DNA of 64,000 bases, taken from an uncultured Thermodesulfobacteriota bacterium. Lineage in GTDB: Bacteria > Desulfobacterota > WTBG01 > CAIYCZ01. The stretch covers positions 1,480 through 65,479 of the forward strand of contig CAZQKW010000011.1 of NCBI GenBank assembly GCA_964594075.1. The letters are read 5' to 3'. The notes beneath the pieces are model-generated. The model was not told the DNA's origin. It saw only the letters and a list, made by a program, of their open reading frames with translations, and made no database searches. Positions 1 through 10,428 of the stretch are shown one piece after another. The position numbers and the translations under genes are program-made. The stretch's first letter is position 1; every line of letters starts with the position of its first letter.

Positions 1-2
1 CT

Positions 3-554
3 GGCCACGAGTGGGGTTACCGGTATTGGGATGCGTTACAGTATTTAAAGGATAGGGGCATTAAACATATTGTTATCGGTTTTCCGCAGATTGTAACAGA
101 TTCGGTATTAAATCTTGTAGAGATTCATAACCAGATTGCGAAAGAAATTGGCTTTAAAAACTGGTTGTATTGGACTTCGGGCAACAATGATGCGTATCCG
201 GGCATTGGTCATCCATTTGCCGATTACTGGGGCAACTGGGTTGATAGGATGTGTGGCACAGAACCATGCTGCTTTGAGATGGGCGGCTGCGATGACGGCA
301 GGCCCTATCCGCCGCCGCGTCAAACCGAACTCGAAAAAAAACGTGGTGACATGGATCCCTCCCTTGCGTATGATGTCAGTGAGTATGGCCATTTAGGATA
401 TGACCCGGGTGCGGGGCTGCCGGATGCGAGTAAGCCGGTGCAGAATCAATACACCGGCACATGGGCTTTATGGACACCGCCAAATGACGACCCCCGCGTT
501 GGCATGGTGCTGGCAAAATATGTTTTAAAGGCCGCTCTCAATGAACTGCCGTGA
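3..554 (+). CDS. 3' part of a gene entering from the left edge; C-terminal region with weak resemblance to class II chelatases (ferrochelatase/CbiK lobe) followed by a Cys-rich tail (MCGTEPCCFEMGGC)
   Basis: Frame 3 is open from nt 3 to TGA at 552-554 (GHEWGYRYWDALQYLKDRGIKHIVIGFPQIVTDSVLNLVEIHNQIAKEIGF...). The ORF-table ATG at 165 is internal. The family call rests on motif spacing only. Confidence 0.3.
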   Translation, partial: GHEWGYRYWDALQYLKDRGIKHIVIGFPQIVTDSVLNLVEIHNQIAKEIGFKNWLYWTSGNNDAYPGIGHPFADYWGNWVDRMCGTEPCCFEMGGCDDGRPYPPPRQTELEKKRGDMDPSLAYDVSEYGHLGYDPGAGLPDASKPVQNQYTGTWALWTPPNDDPRVGMVLAKYVLKAALNELP

Positions 555-598
555 AATATGGCGGTATGGTCCGTTTAACAGCAGATAAGGAGCTTTAC

Positions 599-1237
599 AT
601 GGAAAAAGTAGACAGAAGAACTTTTGCACAAAAGGCCTTTGGCTGGTGTGGCGTGCTCTCGGCCATAGCTGCTTTTAATTGTCGCCGCGCAAACGCAGGT
701 TTTGCCGGCCCGGAAATAGTCGTGCCCTCCAATGCGTTTCTCAACCGCACCGACACCGGCGATGCCCTCAGATCTCTTTACTTGACCTATGATTCCACCA
801 AACCCTATCCCCACAAATTTAATGAAACCACCAGCAAGCATCGGCTGCGGGCGATTGAATTTTTCACCTTAAAGGGTCTGGATAAAGAATATGCAGAACA
901 TTACGTGGCCACGCAGAAGCCACACCTCTTAAAGATTAAAGAGACAATAGAGAAGGAAAAAAATCCCGAAAAGGCTTTGACCGCTCTGTTTGACGATAAT
1001 CCGCAGGCATTCCAGCTTTTTGAACGTATTGTGGTCAAACCGGGTGAACGGTGTTTTCCCTGCCCGTATAAAGGTAAAATTGCGGATTGCAGATACTGGC
1101 TGGGCACCTTTAAGGCCATTGAATGGAAAGATGTTTGCGACCGATGGTGCATCCCGACGTGGAACGGCATGGCGGAAATAATCGGTATCAAGATAAAAAT
1201 AACGCCCAGCGACCAGTGTAGCGTAAAACTTGCGTAA
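599..1237 (+). CDS. Tat-signal secreted protein of unknown function, paralog A (conserved C-terminal ER(C/S)FPCPYK...C..WC..TWNG..I.I.P...C block)
   Basis: AAGGAG 8 nt upstream of ATG 599. Twin-arginine motif RRTFAQKAF followed by a hydrophobic stretch. About 35-40% identical to the next ORF along its whole length. Confidence 0.6.
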   Translation: MEKVDRRTFAQKAFGWCGVLSAIAAFNCRRANAGFAGPEIVVPSNAFLNRTDTGDALRSLYLTYDSTKPYPHKFNETTSKHRLRAIEFFTLKGLDKEYAEHYVATQKPHLLKIKETIEKEKNPEKALTALFDDNPQAFQLFERIVVKPGERCFPCPYKGKIADCRYWLGTFKAIEWKDVCDRWCIPTWNGMAEIIGIKIKITPSDQCSVKLA

Positions 1238-1258
1238 TCCCCGCAAAAGGAGAAATAT

Positions 1259-1933
1259 ATGGATGCTAAAAATTATAGCGATAGTGCATCGGTGCGGTTA
1301 ACACAATCACCGCAAGGTAAATCATCTGCCATGACCCGCAGAGACTTTGCAAAACAGGCTGTTGGCGCAGGCGCCATATCAGTGTTTGCATTGATCAGCT
1401 TGCCGCCGCTTGCCTATGCCTGGATGGATGGCAAGCTGCCGGAGCGCGATGATTTGGGCGACGCAGTCAAGGCGCTAATCAAAACCTACAGCATCACCGA
1501 TCCGTATCCGCTCAAGTTTAACGACGGGCTGGTAAAAATCCATTTGCAGAGTCTTGATTTTGCCGTCCGCAAGGGGCTTGAAAAAGAGCATGCGGAACAC
1601 TTCGTCTACGTATTAGGCCCGGTTTTTGAGCGGCATATAAAACCTGCGGTGCAAAAACTGGGAAAAAATATTTTTCTCTGGGGAATCTTCGAGCGCACCG
1701 GCTGTTCTTATCAGCTCTATGAGCATATTAATATTAAAGAGGGCGAGCGGTCTTTTCCCTGCCCGTATAAAAACATCCTTGAGTATCTTAACAAAGAATA
1801 CGGAACTTACCAGATTGTCTGGAATGATGTCTGCACTAAATGGTGCAGCCTAACCTGGAATGGTTATGCCAAGGTAGCTGGCGTGGAGATTAAAATTGAG
1901 CCGGGCGAAACCTGCAAAGTATCGGTGGTCTAA
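1259..1933 (+). CDS. Tat-signal secreted protein of unknown function, paralog B
   Basis: AAGGAG RBS before ATG 1259. TRRDFAKQAVGAGAISVFALISLPPLAYA Tat signal. Same C-terminal Cys block as paralog A (FPCPYK, WCSLTWNG). Confidence 0.6.
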   Translation: MDAKNYSDSASVRLTQSPQGKSSAMTRRDFAKQAVGAGAISVFALISLPPLAYAWMDGKLPERDDLGDAVKALIKTYSITDPYPLKFNDGLVKIHLQSLDFAVRKGLEKEHAEHFVYVLGPVFERHIKPAVQKLGKNIFLWGIFERTGCSYQLYEHINIKEGERSFPCPYKNILEYLNKEYGTYQIVWNDVCTKWCSLTWNGYAKVAGVEIKIEPGETCKVSVV

Positions 1934-1948
1934 ATTAATTTTGATAAA

Positions 1949-1981
1949 AAAACCCGCTGTTACACACAGCGGGTTTTTTTA
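1949..1981 (+). terminator. rho-independent terminator after the Tat-paralog pair
   Basis: aacccgctg-tTACACAcagcgggtt hairpin followed by TTTTTTT at 1974-1980. Confidence 0.7.
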
Positions 1982-2113
1982 TATTTCCCAACGCGGAAAA
2001 ATTATTGTGCGCATTTAATCTTGCCATAAAAGGAAATTTTGATGCGGGCTGCCCTTCCCCGCCCGCTGTATCTTAAAGAGCCTGCCGTCTGCCTACACAA
2101 AAATCACGGCCAA

Positions 2114-3355
2114 TTACCGTTTGTAAATCTTACCCAAAATATTGCCGCCCGCGCTCATGATATGTCCCTCTACAGAATCAGAAACACCCGGAAAATCGCT
2201 TTGCCAGACCAGTAAAAACGTATTGCTTTGGGGACTATGGGCACTGCGAACAAAACGCTGATTACCCTGGCTGCTGAAGATATCTATCATGCCGCCCTCG
2301 GGCCGACCATCGGCGTCAAGCCACTGAGCAGCTATTTCCAATTGCGCGGTAATATCCTTGAAATAAAATTTATCTACTTCATTTCGGTCGCGCTCAAAAG
2401 CGATGAAGTATTTGTTCTCGCCGGGGACATACAGCGGATGGCCAATCATCTGCGCGCCGGGTGCATCAACCAGAATAAAATCCCCGGCCGGCATGGAACC
2501 ATCTGCGTGCACAATTCTTCCCATAATACCCACATTATGAATGCTGTCGCGGGTATCGGTCCAACTTACCAGAAATTCGTTCTTTTTTATATTATAGGCA
2601 ATGCCGTTAAAACGCTGGTCGGCATCAATGCTGTTGGCATCAGCACACATAGGGATATCATTGACCAGCATCGCGCCGTCTGCGGAAAGCAGAGCCCCGT
2701 AGATATCAGTCATGACTTCAAGCGTTCCCAGCGCCGGCAGGCTGTCCCCATGCGCTCTGAAATCCTCCCAGTTGAGAAGGTAGGTATCATTCTGCGGATT
2801 GTAGCATACCACCGGATTCACCTGATGTCCTTCTGCCGTGCTGACCATAAATTCTTCTTGTGCAACCGCGCCGGCGCCATCTAAAATGACTCCATACACA
2901 TCATTGGCTCCGTTTCTGTTGTCATTGTATGTAATAAAAAACTGATTTCTTTTGGTATTGAATGCCATGTTGTAATGGACCTGATTTGCCGGCACATCGG
3001 TAACCTTAAAGTGCTCTCCTATAGGTTTACCGTCCGTATCCAGGATAACCCCTCGAATATTCAAATAGTCTTCGCCGAGACAGTAGATGATCATATACTG
3101 ATTTTTGTTCGGGTTATGCAGCACAAGGGGCCGTAACACAATATTTTCAGTCTTCACAATCTCAACAGGCGGACCCAGCAGCTCTCCTGAAGCTGAAATT
3201 TTCTGTCCCGCGATGTAATACTCTGCGGCTTCGCGTGTTTCGCCTGGCGCGGCAGCCCAAACAACAAAAAAAGTATTCTCCGCCGAATTATAGGCAACAT
3301 CGGGAAGCGACTTTTTACGGTCATTACAGGAAATTTTAATGACATTATTTTTCAT
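2114..3355 (-). CDS. repeat protein with about 7-8 degenerate ~50-aa repeats (Y/H-N-x-x-x-N-x-F-L/F-V-x-W core), probably beta-propeller-like; no signal peptide seen
   Basis: Recurring blocks VAYNSAENTFFVVWAA / HYNMAFNTKRNQFFITYND / VCYNPQNDTYLLNWEDF / IAYNIKKNEFLVSWTD / PLYVPGENKYFIAFERD / SPQSNTFLLVWQSDF. Confidence 0.5.
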   Translation of the reverse strand: MKNNVIKISCNDRKKSLPDVAYNSAENTFFVVWAAAPGETREAAEYYIAGQKISASGELLGPPVEIVKTENIVLRPLVLHNPNKNQYMIIYCLGEDYLNIRGVILDTDGKPIGEHFKVTDVPANQVHYNMAFNTKRNQFFITYNDNRNGANDVYGVILDGAGAVAQEEFMVSTAEGHQVNPVVCYNPQNDTYLLNWEDFRAHGDSLPALGTLEVMTDIYGALLSADGAMLVNDIPMCADANSIDADQRFNGIAYNIKKNEFLVSWTDTRDSIHNVGIMGRIVHADGSMPAGDFILVDAPGAQMIGHPLYVPGENKYFIAFERDRNEVDKFYFKDITAQLEIAAQWLDADGRPEGGMIDIFSSQGNQRFVRSAHSPQSNTFLLVWQSDFPGVSDSVEGHIMSAGGNILGKIYKR

Positions 3356-3495
3356 AATGATCGCCTGTTAATTATCACCATGTTCTGTTATCCCCCATTG
3401 CATCGGGAAAAAATTTATGCAGCGGGCATCCGGTGCGGTATAGTTAAATCACTTCACGCAAAATTTAGCTCGTGGTTACATAAACGACCAATAGA

Positions 3496-4230
3496 CTAAT
3501 GCACCTGCTGGGAAATAATCTGGTTTACCATCTGCTGGTATGTTGCGAGGTCTTCATGGCGGTAGGATGCAGCAGTCCTCAAGAGGGGATCAAGGGCATG
3601 ATCAGGCTTAAAATTCTGCAAGGTGAGCTTTTTAACGCCGCTCAGATCTTGTGCAACCTGGTAAATATCAGCAGGCTGGTGATAGTGGGGAATTACCGTG
3701 AAACGAAATTCATAGGGAACGGTTCCCGTGCGGATTATGTTAATGCTTTTTTTTACTGCTTCTGTTACGCCGCGCACCCCGGTAATCTGGCAATAGGCAT
3801 TATCTACCAGCGGTCCTTTTATATCCATGGCTATATAATCAACCAGCCCTTCGCATAAAAGCACCTCCAGCATTGTCGGATTGCTGCCGTTGGTATCAAG
3901 TTTGGTGAGAAACCCCTGTTCTTTGAAAGACCGCAACAGGTGCGGCAAAAACCAATGGATAGTCGGCTCTCCGCCGGAAACGCAAACGCCGTCAACCCAG
4001 CCCCGCAGCTTTCTGAGGCGCTCAACGACCTGGTCAAACGGAATGTTCTCAATGCCATCCGGATGCAGCACCAGCTCGGCATTATGGCAGTAGGCGCAGC
4101 GAAAATTACAGTGCGGCAGAAAAACCACTGCGCTAATGTTGCCCGGCCAGTCAACAAAAGAGGTTTCAATGAAACCTTTAATTGAGAAATCTTTGCAGAA
4201 ACAGTCTTGTTGCAGATGCACAATGCACAT
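3496..4230 (-). CDS. nrdG: anaerobic ribonucleoside-triphosphate reductase activating protein (radical SAM)
   Basis: CNFRCAYCHN CxxxCxxC motif after IKGFIETSFVDWPG. Lies downstream of nrdD in the same orientation. Confidence 0.8.
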   Translation of the reverse strand: MCIVHLQQDCFCKDFSIKGFIETSFVDWPGNISAVVFLPHCNFRCAYCHNAELVLHPDGIENIPFDQVVERLRKLRGWVDGVCVSGGEPTIHWFLPHLLRSFKEQGFLTKLDTNGSNPTMLEVLLCEGLVDYIAMDIKGPLVDNAYCQITGVRGVTEAVKKSINIIRTGTVPYEFRFTVIPHYHQPADIYQVAQDLSGVKKLTLQNFKPDHALDPLLRTAASYRHEDLATYQQMVNQIISQQVH

Positions 4231-4258
4231 TGCAGATACCTGTGTCAGCGTTTCCGGA

Positions 4259-4528
4259 TCAGTTGCGGCATTGCTCCATAAGCGCCTTTATTTTCTGAGC
4301 GCTCGGTACTTCCCCGCGAAAATCAGCAATGGTGTTTTCCTGCTGATCCTCGATAATGAAAGTCGGCGTTGCCTGCACGTTATAAAATGTCGCCTCTGCC
4401 AGACCCTCTGCAGTCTCCACATTATAATCAAGCACGGTGTAGCCTTCTTTCTGCAGCAGGCCACTTACTTCCTTTGCTTGGGGACAACGCGGACATTTAT
4501 CTTTCCAGAACAATTTAATCACACCCAT
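4259..4528 (-). CDS. glutaredoxin/NrdH-like small redoxin
   Basis: 89 aa, CPRC active site near the N-terminus. Sits between nrdD and nrdG. Confidence 0.6.
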   Translation of the reverse strand: MGVIKLFWKDKCPRCPQAKEVSGLLQKEGYTVLDYNVETAEGLAEATFYNVQATPTFIIEDQQENTIADFRGEVPSAQKIKALMEQCRN

Positions 4529-4563
4529 AATTATATCCCTTTTCTCCTACACAAGCAGGTTCA

Positions 4564-6705
4564 TCAATTTACATGTTCCTGAAAAAACCCTGGATTGCGG
4601 TTGCGGTCATGCAGTTCGCCCACTTTTCCCTTATTCCAGCTTGATATTTTGGTGAAATACCCGGTAATTCTGGTAATGCCCTCCACGTCGCTTGAATTGC
4701 AGTCGCTGTATCCGCAGGTGGTGCTGAGACCGCGGCTGGTTCTGCCGCAGGTATTGCAGGCGGTAAATTCAGGGGAAAAGGCAATCTGGTCGTTTTGTGT
4801 CCCCTTAAAAACCTTGACCACAAAGTTGGCGAGCGACTCCTTGGATGGCCGTGACTCGCCAAGCCAGATGTGTGTGAGCGCCCCTGCTTCAACAATGGGG
4901 TGGAAAAGCCCTTCCATGCGCACACGCTCAATCGGGTTGACCGGAGCAGATACTGCCAGATAGGTTGAATTAGTATAATAGACCTGCCCGCTTGCGATGT
5001 TGCCCTTAACGACTTTACGCGCTTCGGCAGGAAAATCTTTTAAATCCAGTTTGGCAAACCGATAGGCAGTGCTTTCAGCCGGCGTCTGCTCCAGCACAAA
5101 CCGCATACCATATTCCTCGCTCAATTTATCCGTCAACAGCTTCATGTGGGCGATTATTTTCAAGCCAAACTTAAGCGCATTTTTGGATTCGTGCAGCTCT
5201 TCGCCTAAATGAACTTTAACCAGTTCGTTAAGTCCAACCATGCCGATGAGATATGTCGCCCGCTTCATCCGCAAATAGGGCGCGCCATCCTTATTCATCG
5301 TGAGCAATGCCAGCGGGCCGCTCTCCCCCAGAGATAGCAACTTTTCTATGAATATCTTTTTTTCGACGTGCGCCTTTACCGCCAGCTCGACCATGGAGCT
5401 CAGATTGGCAAACAACTGAGCATCGTCCCGGTTGCAGTTATAGCCCAGCCGCGGCAGATTAATAGTCACATTCTGCAGGGCGCAATAGCGCATTTTCCAG
5501 GGTTCTTTGGCATCATCATAGTCGCTGTGCTTCAGTTTGAAGCTGAGCCGGCAGCACTGGGAAATTTTAGCCGTGCTTCCGCGGTCAAACACAAAATAGG
5601 TGTTGCCCTTTTCGCTGGCAATGTCACAGATATGCAACAGAAACTCCTCATGCCCCTCGGTCTTGAAAAATTTCTCGGTGATGTGGACCAAGGGTTTGGG
5701 GAAGAAGAACGGCCGACCAGTCCCGTCGCCTTCCTTATATACATCAAACAGCGCCCAAACAAAGCGTTGCGCTTCTTTTTCATAGGCTGCATAGGTTTTA
5801 CCGGTAAACTGCCCGCCGGGGCCAATGGCCGGAACATCTTCAAAGTGCTTGGGCACTTCCCAATACAGATTGATATCAGTAAAGATAGCCTGTCCCCCCC
5901 GTGCCACTGCCTGCTGGGAAAATTCAAAGATAAGCATCTGCGCAAGTTGCCGAACTTCACGGTCGCTCATGCCGATCAGATAGGGAGCAAAAAACAGATT
6001 CACGGCATCCCAGCCGATGGCTCCGGCAAAGTTGCTCTGAAGTGCTGCAGCAAATTTCACCATATGGGCAAGCAATACTTCCGGATGTTTAGCCGGCTTT
6101 GCCATGGATAGGGAATTGGGAAGGTTCAGTCCGAATTTTTTAATGTATTCAAGCGACTGCCCCGAACAGTAGGGCCGGTCAATGAAACCCAAGTCGTGAA
6201 GATGAATATCTCCCCGCATATGTGCGTCGCCCACGTCTTCGGAGAAGACTTTCAGCAGCGCATATTCTTTTTTAATATTTTCAGCCAGGGTCAGATTGGT
6301 TGCTTCCGGGCCGTGCGGGACATTGGCATTTTCCTTATTCGGATGCAGTATGAGCTGGTCAACGTCATAAAGGGGGACGCCGAGGCGGGTATGCATCTTC
6401 CGGGCTTTTTCCAGGCCCCGTTCTATCAGTTTTGCATCAACCAGTTCTCTAATGAGCGGGGCGGTAACCCAGGAAATATTTGAGGAAATGATGATTTCCT
6501 GAACTTCTTTGCTGATCTGCTCGGCAGTATCCACGTCAACAAACGTCTCGCGCACCAGCGCATCTATAATTTTCTGCCGGTTCCATCCAGCAAGGTCTTC
6601 GCTTGAAGTTCTAACAAATAGGGCTAAGTCGGTGGTTTCATTAAACCCGTTTTCCCTAAAACTTTCCCTGTTTTTATCCACTGTGATTTCTGCAAGCGTT
6701 CCCAT
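4564..6705 (-). CDS. nrdD: anaerobic ribonucleoside-triphosphate reductase, class III (glycyl-radical enzyme)
   Basis: 713 aa. C-terminal Zn ribbon (CNTCG...C..DC) and glycyl-radical motif RITGYF. Long colinear similarity to the NrdD family. Confidence 0.9.
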   Translation of the reverse strand: MGTLAEITVDKNRESFRENGFNETTDLALFVRTSSEDLAGWNRQKIIDALVRETFVDVDTAEQISKEVQEIIISSNISWVTAPLIRELVDAKLIERGLEKARKMHTRLGVPLYDVDQLILHPNKENANVPHGPEATNLTLAENIKKEYALLKVFSEDVGDAHMRGDIHLHDLGFIDRPYCSGQSLEYIKKFGLNLPNSLSMAKPAKHPEVLLAHMVKFAAALQSNFAGAIGWDAVNLFFAPYLIGMSDREVRQLAQMLIFEFSQQAVARGGQAIFTDINLYWEVPKHFEDVPAIGPGGQFTGKTYAAYEKEAQRFVWALFDVYKEGDGTGRPFFFPKPLVHITEKFFKTEGHEEFLLHICDIASEKGNTYFVFDRGSTAKISQCCRLSFKLKHSDYDDAKEPWKMRYCALQNVTINLPRLGYNCNRDDAQLFANLSSMVELAVKAHVEKKIFIEKLLSLGESGPLALLTMNKDGAPYLRMKRATYLIGMVGLNELVKVHLGEELHESKNALKFGLKIIAHMKLLTDKLSEEYGMRFVLEQTPAESTAYRFAKLDLKDFPAEARKVVKGNIASGQVYYTNSTYLAVSAPVNPIERVRMEGLFHPIVEAGALTHIWLGESRPSKESLANFVVKVFKGTQNDQIAFSPEFTACNTCGRTSRGLSTTCGYSDCNSSDVEGITRITGYFTKISSWNKGKVGELHDRNRNPGFFQEHVN

Positions 6706-7007
6706 AACGCCCCCTCCTCAAGGCTGATGTGTCAAATAAGTAATACGGAATATTGCCATAGATTATATCCTATTTTGTGCAAGGATTTGTCTATACCACA
6801 ACATATAGGGTCGTCAAGGAATTTTTTGGCTAAAGCAGGAAATTTTTTTCGTCTTGCCGGAAGGCTAATTAGTCAAGTAAAAACAGCAAATTATAATTAT
6901 TCGGCAGGAAATATGCGCTTGAGGCCCTGGCAATAATCCCGCTGTTGCAGAGTATACTCATGAATATTTTACAACAGCGCGTGACGATAAGACCGACCGT
7001 CTCTTCA

Positions 7008-7466
7008 TTATTTACGTAACTTATTGAATAAACTTTTAAAAAATCCTTTTCCGCGGGAAGTTTGGCTGTTTATGAATTTTTTTAGCGTGTTTCGTGCTTC
7101 TTCATTCAGGTTGACGAACACAATGCCCACTTCAAAAATAAACTCTTCCGTTTCCTTAGCCAGGTCATACCAGCACACTTCGCCTTGAACTTTAAAAGCT
7201 TTTTCATGAGGATAGAGATATATTGCCAGATCCAGCCGGTTTCTGGGCGACTTCGGGCTGCCAGTAAGAATATGAACACCGTCAACCTCCACCTGTCTTG
7301 TTTCAAGGCAGATTCCGTCCAGGGACATATTTTTGCTTTTAGCTGCAAATGATTTTGGACCGGCAAGCTCCTCGTCATCAGACAAAATGGTAACCCCTAC
7401 GTCAACGGCGCTCTCCAGCCGGTAAAATTTTCTCCTCTCTATCCCGCGGTATTTGACCTTGTGCAT
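7008..7466 (-). CDS. PilZ-domain (c-di-GMP binding) protein
   Basis: RRKFYR (RxxxR) motif followed about 30 aa later by NMSLDG (D/NxSxxG). Confidence 0.55.
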   Translation of the reverse strand: MHKVKYRGIERRKFYRLESAVDVGVTILSDDEELAGPKSFAAKSKNMSLDGICLETRQVEVDGVHILTGSPKSPRNRLDLAIYLYPHEKAFKVQGEVCWYDLAKETEEFIFEVGIVFVNLNEEARNTLKKFINSQTSRGKGFFKSLFNKLRK

Positions 7467-7467
7467 A

Positions 7468-7956
7468 TTATTTTTCCTGCCTGTGAGTATTTATAATGCG
7501 CTGAACAATGCTGGTGGATGAAATACCATCAATAAAAGGCAAGGCAATCACCGTGCCGCCGGCCTTTTCAACGACCTCTCTGCCGATAATGGTCTCAATT
7601 GTCCAGTCCCCACCTTTAACCAGCACCTGGGGCATGACTTCTGAGATAATGCGCAAGGGGTCAGGTTCATCAAAAATTATGACATAATCAACCGATGCTA
7701 ATGCTGCCACCACTTCAGCGCGTTGTTCTGCGGGAACAAATGGCCTGCCTGCGCCTTTGATCGCCTTGACCGATGCATCACTATTAACCGCAACAATGAG
7801 GATATCTCCCAGAGCCTTAGCCTCCTGAAAAAGCCGAACATGCCCTACATGCAATATATCAAAACAGCCATTGGTGAAAACGACTGTCTTCCCCTGTTGC
7901 TTAAGTTGATGGACGATGAGTTTTAATTCGGCAAGTTTCTTTATCTTTTCAGACAA
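7468..7956 (-). CDS. D-glycero-beta-D-manno-heptose 1-phosphate adenylyltransferase (RfaE domain II / HldE C-terminal type cytidylyltransferase)
   Basis: TVVFTNGCFDILHVGHVRLFQEAK nucleotidyltransferase (H/T)xGH motif; 162 aa. Confidence 0.75.
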   Translation of the reverse strand: MSEKIKKLAELKLIVHQLKQQGKTVVFTNGCFDILHVGHVRLFQEAKALGDILIVAVNSDASVKAIKGAGRPFVPAEQRAEVVAALASVDYVIIFDEPDPLRIISEVMPQVLVKGGDWTIETIIGREVVEKAGGTVIALPFIDGISSTSIVQRIINTHRQEK

Positions 7957-8168
7957 ATTAGCTCCTTATAATAACAGGGGCTTTCGAGCCTGCTGCACAG
8001 AGATTTAATCATTTAAATAATCGTAAACAAATGCAGTCAGAACGTTATAATGAAGATCATCACGGTCTTTTATGCCGCAGGGAAAATAGATACTCTGACA
8101 CCCGCATTCCGTTATCCTGCATAATATAGTATCCCAATCTAAAGCTCAACTGTTTTCCCGGATTGGCA

Positions 8169-8199
8169 ATAAAAAAGCAGGGCTATTGCTTACCCTGCT
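8169..8199 (-). terminator. probable intrinsic terminator downstream of ahcY (minus strand)
   Basis: gcaggg-N10-ccctgc hairpin flanked by an A6 run on the plus strand, which reads as a U-run on the minus strand. Confidence 0.45.
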
Positions 8200-8308
8200 C
8201 GTTGCGTCGCACCTATTAAATTCTCACCTGTTTAAATCTGAGCGTATGCAGGGGCGCGCTAAACGCGTCTGACTGCTCTCTCCTTTTTCCTGTCTTCTGT
8301 CTGCTTGG

Positions 8309-9598
<1,290 letters not shown>

Positions 9599-9746
9599 TT
9601 ATACATTTTATTGTCTGAATCTATAAGAGTATTTGTTTATACCTGAAACATCTTGAAAAAGCAATGGTATTCCATTTCAGGGTGATACCCCAAAATTTTT
9701 CACGGAATTTCAGACAAACCGCATAGTCAGGCAATGATGGTCACGT

Positions 9747-10409
9747 ATGAATTGTAATCCAGAAATTAAAAACATCCGGGAGCTTAAACAACACGCTGCA
9801 GCCCAGGGGGCAGATTGTGAAATAAAAATCACTCAGGGCGATGAATTATTTGATTGGCAAGCGCTGTTTGGCAATGCCAATCCCGTTGAAATAGAAATTG
9901 GCTGTGGCAGAGGCCTCTTTGTCCTCAGGCGAGCCCGGGAAAATCCAGGTACAAATTTTCTCGGCATAGAAAAATCCGCCCGGTTTTTTCGCATCCTGAG
10001 GGAACGCGTGGTTAAAAGCGGTGCTCCTAACATCCGATTGATACAAGGAGAAGCAGGATATCTTGTGAAACAATTCGTGCCGTCAAATTCGGTGCAGGCC
10101 GTTCATATCTATTTTCCTGACCCGTGGCCGAAAAAAAAGCACCGGAAACGACGCCTTATCAATTCATCCTTTCTTGAAAATATTGCCCGGGTTCTGAAGC
10201 CCGAAGGTGTCCTGTGCATTGCAACTGATTTCCAGGATTATTGCATGGAAATCCTCGCCTCTGCATCCTCCTGCGGCGGACTTGTCGGCGTCTCATATGA
10301 AGAACGCTCCGCTCAGGATATAAACCCGGACACCGCCGCCACTGCTTACGAACGCAAATATCTGCTGCAGGGCAGAGTGATTTACCGGGCACTGTTCAGG
10401 AAAGTATAA
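9747..10409 (+). CDS. trmB: tRNA (guanine46-N7)-methyltransferase
   Basis: EIGCGRG...FLGIE SAM motif and the FPDPWPKKKHRKRRL block. Confidence 0.85.
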   Translation: MNCNPEIKNIRELKQHAAAQGADCEIKITQGDELFDWQALFGNANPVEIEIGCGRGLFVLRRARENPGTNFLGIEKSARFFRILRERVVKSGAPNIRLIQGEAGYLVKQFVPSNSVQAVHIYFPDPWPKKKHRKRRLINSSFLENIARVLKPEGVLCIATDFQDYCMEILASASSCGGLVGVSYEERSAQDINPDTAATAYERKYLLQGRVIYRALFRKV

Positions 10410-10428
10410 CCGACCTAATAGTTGCGTT

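Noticed and set aside
165-554. The ORF-table gene starting at ATG 165
   Set aside because: The frame is open back to nt 3 with coherent protein-like sequence. This is the interior of a gene that begins left of the window.
5368-6111. Long antisense ORFs inside well-supported genes. Examples: 5368-6111 inside nrdD; 8726-9148 in ahcY; 14731-15144 and 24798-25289 in the pilY1 genes; 33422-34033 and 34861-35367 in the GGR genes; 36880-37320 in the kinase gene.
   Set aside because: These are shadow ORFs of a GC-rich genome. They show no motifs and no RBS, and they overlap strongly supported genes on the other strand.
6706-7007. An NrdR box upstream of nrdD
   Set aside because: I inspected the ~300-bp leader. 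The best candidates (ccacaacatatagggt at ~6796; the 10-bp palindrome aattataatt at ~6891) do not match the 16-bp NrdR palindrome well enough to call.
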